Part shown: positions 57,401 through 64,000 of the stretch, piece after piece
Layout of the letters: the number at the start of each line of letters is the position of its first letter
How positions within the stretch are numbered: position 1 is the stretch's first letter
Origin: a virus
Lineage: Duplodnaviria; Caudoviricetes
Virus record (IMG/VR): IMGVR_UViG_3300021387_003827
Span: 32,001-96,000 of that record
Length of the DNA: 64,000 nucleotides
Reading direction: 5' to 3' (one strand)
The notes under the pieces: generated by a model
What the model was told of the DNA's origin: nothing
Database searches by the model: none
Seen by the model: the letters and a program-made list of their open reading frames with translations, nothing else
Translations under genes and position numbers: made by a program

Positions 57401-59233
57401 GGTACTAAATATACCTCTCACAAGTGTATTATAAATGTAGTGCCGGAAGCCGCTGAAACTGGAAAGACGGTGTACGAGTATATAGTTGGTAGGGCAGACA
57501 AGAATATGAATCCTGATCCGGAACATACTTCTTCTATTCAGACATTTACTCTATACTCTAAAGAATATACTCCGAGAATATTCCAAACAACTGACCAACA
57601 AGGATTCCATTGGGTAGAATATCAGTGTTGGGCTGCGGCGGCCGAGGAATTGAACAAAACTATAACTGAAACCTGTAACAGTATTAATGATCCAATTGAT
57701 GCACATAATCAAGAGGCACTAGAATACAATACGGCGCATGCAGAAGAAATTGCAAACGGAGAATTACAGCCGATGGAGTTTCAGACTGGAAAAATCTTTC
57801 CTGTCCTAATAAACACTGGCGACATGACTCAGAATGGTACAAGAATTAACGAGTGGTTTGACTATTATAATGCCGGCCACTGTTTATTCGATCATCTTGA
57901 GCAAACCAATTTAGTGGGGAATAATGACCTGTGTAATACCGATCCCGAAATGCTGGGGACTGGTGATGATAATGGTAAGTCTAATGGATATTATTTCCAT
58001 GTATTCTATTGTTATGAAATAGATGAGAGCATACTCCCCATTATATCCAATACGTATGCTACCAAATATGTTCCTTCTCTATATTATATCCAAGATAAGT
58101 CTTATAGATTTGTCATGCTTAATACAGAGATAACTGCAATTAACTGTAGAAACTGGTTCAAGCAGGTTAAGAATGATGCAAATGGTAATCCAGCTACGGT
58201 TAATGTGTATACTGGCTGGACGATTAAGAATTCTGGTGCTGCCGATAATTCTGTAGTGTACGATAATTCTTTCAAAACCGTTTACACTATGATTTATGAA
58301 ATGCTTGATGCACCAGACTATAATATTATCCCTGCCTGCCACGAAATGCCATTTACTGTTGTTACTAATGCCAACCTTATGACTGTTTCCTCTGGTTCCG
58401 TCGGTAATCAAGATATAGACAGAAGCCTTAAGGAGTCTCAGTCTGGATCTTTGGTTGGGTGTCACTGCAATAGAATGGGATACATGGATGTTAAGGGTAT
58501 CTACTGGTTAAGTAGATTGTTTGAACATTTTGGTATTAAGCTATGTATTGGTGGTCATAAACATACCTATGCATGCACCAACCCTCTTCGTGAGTTCTAC
58601 TATTATACTTCTGGGGATCAGCTAGTAAGCTCCTTGAATGGACCTATGCCCATGACTAATACCCTAGAAAACGATACTGCAGTATGGGTGACAGATATTT
58701 ATGCAGACCCTAGTAATCCAAACCACTTCGGCATAGATTACACTACGGGAGACTCGCTTGAATTTAATACTACAAAATTCCCGCTAATGTCCTCATCAGT
58801 AAGTGGCATTACGAGAACTTCTGCGGTATATTATCCATACTATGGTGTTCCTTCGCTTACCGGTGGCGTTGTTTACTTTATGTGTCAAGCAACCGGATAT
58901 AAGCTTAAATCTAATAAGGAGTTACCATCTCCTGAACAAAGGTTTTCTTATGTAATTCCTAAAACTAATGTTACTAGCTCAGGTGATAAACCGAATGCTA
59001 ATCAACAGAGGCCAATGTTTGCAGAAATAAAGTTAAATGGATCTAATTCTTATACCATCTATCTTTATAGAATTGAAAACATTATGAACGGAACTAATCT
59101 ATTCTCTCAGGTTGATCATTCCAATGCACCAGCTTCTTATCGTTGGTTAAAGGGAGATGAGGCACAGGGAACAGAACTTCCAATCTATGGTAACTGGAAT
59201 TATACTACCAAAACCGCATTAATAGAAATATAA
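54476..59233 (+). CDS. giant multidomain protein: lamin-tail-like domain, FN3-like domain and calcineurin-like (purple-acid-phosphatase-type) metallophosphoesterase
   Basis: YIELENTGNKDLPLDGFYLHY (LTD); metallophosphoesterase motifs TDQQG, TGDMTQNG, VGNND, CHEMPF, GGHKHTY. Confidence 0.8.
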   Translation: MSEKQLKGTNVASPIMPFSSEDTYPTHEAKYGKGGFRTVETIAERDAIPEARREEGMLVYVVNDPENINTYQYLNSTWQKSKIGAGVEKVQTIEEREELKSEIGDLVYVESEGQVFIKLSEDDWRPMSFGIPIFTKEIADKLEDIDKLPDDYITIPDPDELSQTTDKTEYESTGNGYYLDIIFSTLRSLQAEVAKLRNSFNYGMYSYTGKETAMSRVVGSYTAPEEEPLWAVEEADLSIVTGVYVDLNDNNSLIPSENVKVGDNYLIINGAASWYDPPTGYAEVSDPKLFLYLTTSSTNIQIVFSKISDSASRLTLDLSQLGLKQYENGRYNIMICLARKVADTGEYYGENYVWVSVGNYTTGENENMGYWNTTTNKLQPGIFRIDDRYSFYSVTFNDQNLYKFDGYSKYQDFSIQVDPVTPTDDKYKYRVAHITIRSVKNETELQDIKDQLPANELIYNETTGVLWIKTSSGSVKPISGSGGQDDKGMEKSEIIEWLAQNGIIVTSDGSESVKLNDIADITFIHQETDRAFKFTVDSEGNLVSEEIPKDTIEDRMRAANFTLSTETVNFTNIRGLVGSLGLQEQHTENPSSQIAENKDIGLYADRVKISAIYAPYSQDQPSYGCSHAYIELENTGNKDLPLDGFYLHYATGTCATESTGTDFVSVYRLALHGAIPAGGTYLIRGKKYADYDQANTFIKVRTFDQEWFVNGDLIDLTQNQNNTFLLTYGLPDVSYSTVLVKTNQDTKTNTNFPYYYHPNYVDSVSIGAHVTSKAANAWVGTGMKLFDPKCGVYSSPVDVIFKNTFELDPAKQAYQSLNKTDSSRGRNENVQDYQYVLLSKDVIEFPKTEETFPIEHYTPMASWQHKNVCTDKTKLDKEKPNMVTASYGIDMYKTRCFNWISCGAFDEYIWIRPQGSSSWSARFESYKDGTENDYVGTSGMTKRVFGTFYNKTVGDENYPIQKVIYNRMFGTFPADGTKYTSHKCIINVVPEAAETGKTVYEYIVGRADKNMNPDPEHTSSIQTFTLYSKEYTPRIFQTTDQQGFHWVEYQCWAAAAEELNKTITETCNSINDPIDAHNQEALEYNTAHAEEIANGELQPMEFQTGKIFPVLINTGDMTQNGTRINEWFDYYNAGHCLFDHLEQTNLVGNNDLCNTDPEMLGTGDDNGKSNGYYFHVFYCYEIDESILPIISNTYATKYVPSLYYIQDKSYRFVMLNTEITAINCRNWFKQVKNDANGNPATVNVYTGWTIKNSGAADNSVVYDNSFKTVYTMIYEMLDAPDYNIIPACHEMPFTVVTNANLMTVSSGSVGNQDIDRSLKESQSGSLVGCHCNRMGYMDVKGIYWLSRLFEHFGIKLCIGGHKHTYACTNPLREFYYYTSGDQLVSSLNGPMPMTNTLENDTAVWVTDIYADPSNPNHFGIDYTTGDSLEFNTTKFPLMSSSVSGITRTSAVYYPYYGVPSLTGGVVYFMCQATGYKLKSNKELPSPEQRFSYVIPKTNVTSSGDKPNANQQRPMFAEIKLNGSNSYTIYLYRIENIMNGTNLFSQVDHSNAPASYRWLKGDEAQGTELPIYGNWNYTTKTALIEI

Positions 59234-59245
59234 TATTAATTTATA

Positions 59246-62200
59246 ATGAGACATAAAGGTCAGAAAATTATCACAGACAAAGACATAGAAATGACTGGTG
59301 AAGGATTCCAGGGAGAAGAACTCTCTGGGGTCCTATCCGGCCATGAAGATCGTCTGGATATGCTTGAAAGTAATCTTAAATGGATTTATAAAAATGGCGC
59401 CGTTGGAACTGGCGGCGGTGGCGGAGGCGGCGGAAGCACTACCTCCTGGAAAGTTGTTGTGTCTAGAGGAGATACTGGCCAAACTATAGTCAATGGTAGT
59501 ACAATTAACTTCTCTGGGCCCGGCAACTACACCATCAAAGTCCAAGTATATGGTGGTGGAACTAGTACCTTCAAGGTTACCTATTCATGGGTTAACTCTA
59601 GAGGCGCTCAAACCAAAAATGTTGTTATTTCTAGAGACGAATCCTTTCTATCACAGGAGTCTCTATTGCTTGATACTAATGGCTCTTTCAGTATTGTTAT
59701 ATTGAATCAGGATACACAAGAGCCCATAACATACAATGTAGATTATGTTGTAACTTCTTATGTCTTTAATCTGTATTATGTATATGCAGATGACAAGACT
59801 AGGTATACCCCCAGTAATAATACTATATTTATGGCTGATGTTAAGACTAAAGGACTTATGGCAGCTTTAGATTATAGTGTATCGGTTGGAATTACTGCTT
59901 CTTCATATTCCTTCACTGATTGGGATGGAAATACTATAAGCAGCCTTAACCTTGGAGAGGATTACCAGATTAAAGAGAAGACAGCAAGTATAATCTATCT
60001 CCCTCTTTGTGAGGATATTATAGCATTTTTGTCAGACAATGAAAATGCTAAATATAAACAATTCTCTTTACGAATAAATCTTTTGCTTGAGGGTAATACA
60101 AAAACTGAAGATATAGAGCCGATGTATCTTAGAGATAATCTGATTCCCGCTGACATGTATCTTAAGGTTACTACTTCTGGTGGTGGTCTTTTCGATAGTA
60201 GTCAGCTTACCCCTGGTGTAGACCCTTCAACAGGTCAGCCAATCATAATTAATAATTATCCAGAGGAATCCAGATTTGCTTTAGGTACGGCAGCATTTCA
60301 GCTCACGCCATACTACAATTCTTTAAAGCCCACACGAACTTATGTACTTCAAGTTTTCCTAGATGATGTACAACTTGGGAACTTGGACGTTACTACGCTT
60401 AAGGATCAAAGTACTCAGGCAGTGTCTATTCCTCTTACTTCTAGTGGTGAGCATAGGTTGAGATTTAGAATTACAGCCGAGGGCGTATCTTATTCAGTGG
60501 AGTATTATCTCTTTGTAAAGGAGTCAACTTCTTCCTTTACTTGGTATCCTCTTCAGAGAGTATCCCCCGAATATACTTCCTATTATAGGAGATATTTCGG
60601 TGTTGAGGCCGTATCTGGAATTAGTCAGGAGGAGACTGTATCAATGACAGTAAACTCTGATCAAAAGACTTATACGTTTACTTCAGCAGCCGCTTCTTCG
60701 TATAATGATTATGATCAGCTACTTTGCGTCGGTTTACAATTTACTACAATTAATGATATTGAAAGCCCTATATGTTCCTTTAATATAGGAAATACATATG
60801 AGCAAGCAATATTCATTTATCAAGATAAAGTTGTAATTTCTTCTGCAAGTTCTATAACTGATTTTAAGAAGATTCAAGGAAGCTCTAGAGAGATATTCTT
60901 CCCTAAGGTGGATAAACTGGATGATACTAATCCTACAAACTATCATCTTATTTCAATTTATAAAAGATTGGAGTATAGGGAGGGTGGAAACTATTGGAAA
61001 GGTATTTATATATTCATCGATGGTGTTCTTGAGGGAGTGTTTAAAGAGTTTACTACTGTTCATGACCGTTATAGTGGAATAACCTTCTATCCAAATAATT
61101 ATTACTCCAATCTCTTTGAGTCCACTTGCTTCCGTCACGTGTCAGGAAGTGATGAATTAACTTATCTAACGGACCATGACATCCTCGGATATTACTATAC
61201 CTACTATGAGAAGCTTCTTGGTGGTAATATATCCGATAAAGAGATTGCACTCTATGACGCATTTGGATCTTTCAGAATAGGAAGTGATAACTATGTCTAT
61301 ACTAACGACACTACGATAAGAAATATTGCTCTTAATTCGGATGTTCCTGTCCTAATGATGACCTACACCGACAATGAAGGAAGAATTAATCCTACTATTG
61401 GTGGATGGAATCAGGATAACTTTAAAATCTGGATGGAGAAGTCTTATTCTGAAAATGCAAACATAGAGATACTTCCTGTCACCGTAGAATGGTCCCCTGG
61501 TGGTCAAGATATTAGAACCATAACTAAACAAGGTCAGGCAAATGCTGCTCAGTTTAAGATTACACCTCAAGGTTCATCTACCCTTGGTTATAGGTGTAAG
61601 AACTGGGAACTTTATGCGCCAGATGCTTCCGATAATACGAAAAAATGTCTGTATTCTCCGAACTTCAATCCGACAGATACTACAACATTTTTACCGGAGG
61701 AATCATTCACTCTAAAAGCTGATGTTGTAGACTCTAGTCATACGAATAATAATGCCATCGCTTCCTTCGTAAATGATGTAAGCACTCCATTCTTAAGATC
61801 AAGACAGGAGGGGATGTATAAAGACTACATTAAGAATTGTCTGTCTGGTTTTCCTGTTCTTGTATTCTTGCATTCACGATATAAGACAGCAGCCGAATCA
61901 GAGAGCGCCGATAACGAAAACTTCTACTTCCTTGGTATTTATAACTTCAACTTAGGTAGAAAATCATACTACAATCTTGGATATAGTGATAATAATAATC
62001 TTAGGTATTTACATCTAACTCAAGGATTTAATATTTATGAAATTTCCGAAACTGACAACACTCTCCTTAATGGAGTTGAAGTAGCTGAGATTCAAGGTAA
62101 TAATAAATACTTTGACTTCTCTCAGTACGACCCGACCATCTTATTCCAAAGAAACGAGGGAGATATTACGTACATGTTTGGAGATGCTGTTACGATTAGC

Positions 62201-64000
62201 GAGGATAGATGGACAAGAAACCTAGAGAAACTTGTAGAACAAACATCTAAAGCTGGAGGTTATACATTTAATCAGGTTGGTAAGAGATTCTCAACCACCA
62301 TAGATGATAACTATGGATACAATGATGGCTATTCTGCAGTTGATGGAAGTGGTATTCCTAAAAATCAAGTTCCAAATTATAAATTTCAAGCAAAACGTAT
62401 TAATGAAGGTGGTATAACTAGGTATGAATTCACCGAAAAAGAAGCTGGCTCTGAAAGTGATCTGACAGACCTTATTCTTGGCGATACCAGTGAAGAAGTA
62501 CAAGAGTTTACCCCCACGCTGGATTATACTAGCTTGTGTGAGTATTATACTATCTGTATGGCATTTGGTTTGGTTGACTCTGTTCAGAAAAACCTTAACA
62601 TTAAAACTTGGAATGCTGACGAAGAATATCCACTCTGGTATCTTGCATTCTATGATATGGATACTTGTCTTGGTGTATCTAACTCTGGTTCTAGGATTTC
62701 TTACTTTGCCTTCTCGGATTATTGGACATCTTCTTTAGATGAGAACAATAGATTGGGAGAGACTATAATATATCGTGACTATTCTCCTGTAGAAAGCGGC
62801 GTTAGCGAAGATTCTGGTAGCTCATATTATGATACTCCCTCTTCTTATATCTTTGCGGTTGCCAAATATGCATATAGCGTTCTTCCAGAGGCTTTACGAA
62901 AAGATCTAATCCGCCACCCCTCTAATCTCTGGGGTGCATGGAGAAATGGAACTAGAGTAACCCACCCAATTACTGCTATAGATAAGCAAAAAGGTTGTTT
63001 AAGTAGCTCTAATTACTTCCTTGAAACATATTATACTCACCATCTTAAGAATGTTCCTCAGGCTGCATTTAATTTTAATTATAGATATAAATATTTAGTT
63101 ATTTCTCCTGATGCACAAAACCAATTTGATAATACCAATTTCCCTAAGTTTTATGGAAAAAAGGTAGCATATACTAAAGACTGGCTTGATGGTAGATTTC
63201 ATATTCTTGATGCCTATTTCAACATTAACTCCGTAAATGATGTAATGAATGTTATAGGTGATACTCAAATCCTAGCTCCATCTACGAGCAGTGAGTATAA
63301 AGATTCAAGTAATACTGATATTTATGTTCTTAAGGATATCTTTTCTAGTAATGCTCAAGGTAACCAATACGCCAACTTGAATTATGACGTAACCATTAAA
63401 GCAAGGCCGTATTCCCCTTTAATTGCTGTGGGAACTAATGCAACTCATAGATATATTTTCCCAAGTGTGGCTAATGATTGTATAGTTAATCTTAGCTCTT
63501 CAGGAAACCAATATGTTCTATTTGGTGGCTCTTCTTTGTGGACCGAGCTTAGCACTGTTAATCCATTCATAACTTCGACAGCTGCTCTTAATATTGATTC
63601 AAGTTATTTTACTAACCTTTCTGGTAATGGTGGAACTTGTAGAACTTGGAGTATTAAGACACCAGCTCTCCGTACAATATCGCTTACCAATAATGCAAAC
63701 TATACCGGAGAATTAAGATTTGAATCTACGGATACAAGTAGTAATTTCCCTAACCTGCAGACAATAAATATATCTGGTACGGCCCTTGAACTTATTATAG
63801 CTAAAGCATCTCCTACAACTATTATTGCGAATAATATGAGGGGAGGTAAATTAAATATAATCAATGTTTCAACCCTTACCAATGTGTCTGTTTCTGGAAC
63901 ACTTGACTCAATTACTGTTCCAGCCTGGAAAAAGAATATTACTTTCCCTACAACTAGTGGTAGTACACTAAACTGTAGAGAGATATCTGTTACAAATGAT
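59246..64000 (+). CDS. giant 3'-truncated protein with CotH-kinase-like domain and LRR/beta-helix-like C-terminal region (missing from the ORF track)
   Basis: Frame 2 from ATG 59246 (MRHKGQKIITDKD...) read at several points without a stop and assumed open to the window end; QGSSTLGYRCKNW, FTLKADVVDSSH, FLGIYNFN, GLVDSVQKN, WYLAFYDMDTCLG. Confidence 0.8.
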   Translation, partial: MRHKGQKIITDKDIEMTGEGFQGEELSGVLSGHEDRLDMLESNLKWIYKNGAVGTGGGGGGGGSTTSWKVVVSRGDTGQTIVNGSTINFSGPGNYTIKVQVYGGGTSTFKVTYSWVNSRGAQTKNVVISRDESFLSQESLLLDTNGSFSIVILNQDTQEPITYNVDYVVTSYVFNLYYVYADDKTRYTPSNNTIFMADVKTKGLMAALDYSVSVGITASSYSFTDWDGNTISSLNLGEDYQIKEKTASIIYLPLCEDIIAFLSDNENAKYKQFSLRINLLLEGNTKTEDIEPMYLRDNLIPADMYLKVTTSGGGLFDSSQLTPGVDPSTGQPIIINNYPEESRFALGTAAFQLTPYYNSLKPTRTYVLQVFLDDVQLGNLDVTTLKDQSTQAVSIPLTSSGEHRLRFRITAEGVSYSVEYYLFVKESTSSFTWYPLQRVSPEYTSYYRRYFGVEAVSGISQEETVSMTVNSDQKTYTFTSAAASSYNDYDQLLCVGLQFTTINDIESPICSFNIGNTYEQAIFIYQDKVVISSASSITDFKKIQGSSREIFFPKVDKLDDTNPTNYHLISIYKRLEYREGGNYWKGIYIFIDGVLEGVFKEFTTVHDRYSGITFYPNNYYSNLFESTCFRHVSGSDELTYLTDHDILGYYYTYYEKLLGGNISDKEIALYDAFGSFRIGSDNYVYTNDTTIRNIALNSDVPVLMMTYTDNEGRINPTIGGWNQDNFKIWMEKSYSENANIEILPVTVEWSPGGQDIRTITKQGQANAAQFKITPQGSSTLGYRCKNWELYAPDASDNTKKCLYSPNFNPTDTTTFLPEESFTLKADVVDSSHTNNNAIASFVNDVSTPFLRSRQEGMYKDYIKNCLSGFPVLVFLHSRYKTAAESESADNENFYFLGIYNFNLGRKSYYNLGYSDNNNLRYLHLTQGFNIYEISETDNTLLNGVEVAEIQGNNKYFDFSQYDPTILFQRNEGDITYMFGDAVTISEDRWTRNLEKLVEQTSKAGGYTFNQVGKRFSTTIDDNYGYNDGYSAVDGSGIPKNQVPNYKFQAKRINEGGITRYEFTEKEAGSESDLTDLILGDTSEEVQEFTPTLDYTSLCEYYTICMAFGLVDSVQKNLNIKTWNADEEYPLWYLAFYDMDTCLGVSNSGSRISYFAFSDYWTSSLDENNRLGETIIYRDYSPVESGVSEDSGSSYYDTPSSYIFAVAKYAYSVLPEALRKDLIRHPSNLWGAWRNGTRVTHPITAIDKQKGCLSSSNYFLETYYTHHLKNVPQAAFNFNYRYKYLVISPDAQNQFDNTNFPKFYGKKVAYTKDWLDGRFHILDAYFNINSVNDVMNVIGDTQILAPSTSSEYKDSSNTDIYVLKDIFSSNAQGNQYANLNYDVTIKARPYSPLIAVGTNATHRYIFPSVANDCIVNLSSSGNQYVLFGGSSLWTELSTVNPFITSTAALNIDSSYFTNLSGNGGTCRTWSIKTPALRTISLTNNANYTGELRFESTDTSSNFPNLQTINISGTALELIIAKASPTTIIANNMRGGKLNIINVSTLTNVSVSGTLDSITVPAWKKNITFPTTSGSTLNCREISVTND

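Noticed and set aside
47837-59233. Diversity-generating retroelement acting on fibre genes
   Set aside because: I saw no reverse transcriptase and no template/variable repeat pair in this window.
59298-63882. Small ORFs listed in the last 4.7 kb
   Set aside because: They are alternative-frame fragments inside one long frame-2 gene starting at 59246 that lacks a stop within the window.
1-64000. Stop-codon recoding (TAG to Gln as in Lak and some crAss-like phages)
   Set aside because: Long genes are intact under the standard code with high coding density; TAG appears as a normal terminator (e.g. 3321, 17788, 27540, 37270).

Overview
This window is a 64 kb segment of a large AT-rich tailed phage with a T4-like contractile tail, almost entirely + strand and using the standard genetic code. 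The host is probably a Bacteroidota, inferred from BACON-like domains and AT-rich gene leaders mostly without Shine-Dalgarno sites. Gene order: accessory genes (M42 aminopeptidase, Nudix); head module (portal, Dps-like protein, tRNA-Asp, prohead protease, acidic scaffold, major capsid protein); an array of small basic or glycine-zipper proteins; sheath, neck, second sheath, tube, GH73 tail protein and baseplate genes; a structured non-coding region plus an SF2-helicase-like and T5orf172-nuclease gene pair inserted in the baseplate module; fibre-like genes and a holin; and two giant genes, a metallophosphoesterase and a CotH-kinase-like gene that runs off the window. The strongest unexplained signal is a shared [K/R]-x-[F/Y]-[S/G/T] motif. 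It ends a ~10-residue N-terminal leader on more than a dozen small proteins and recurs many times in the protease, scaffold and capsid propeptide. I infer a capsid-targeting and prohead-protease processing system that delivers a cargo array rich in membrane-active peptides and polyproteins. All product calls come from motif recognition and synteny; no database searches were run.
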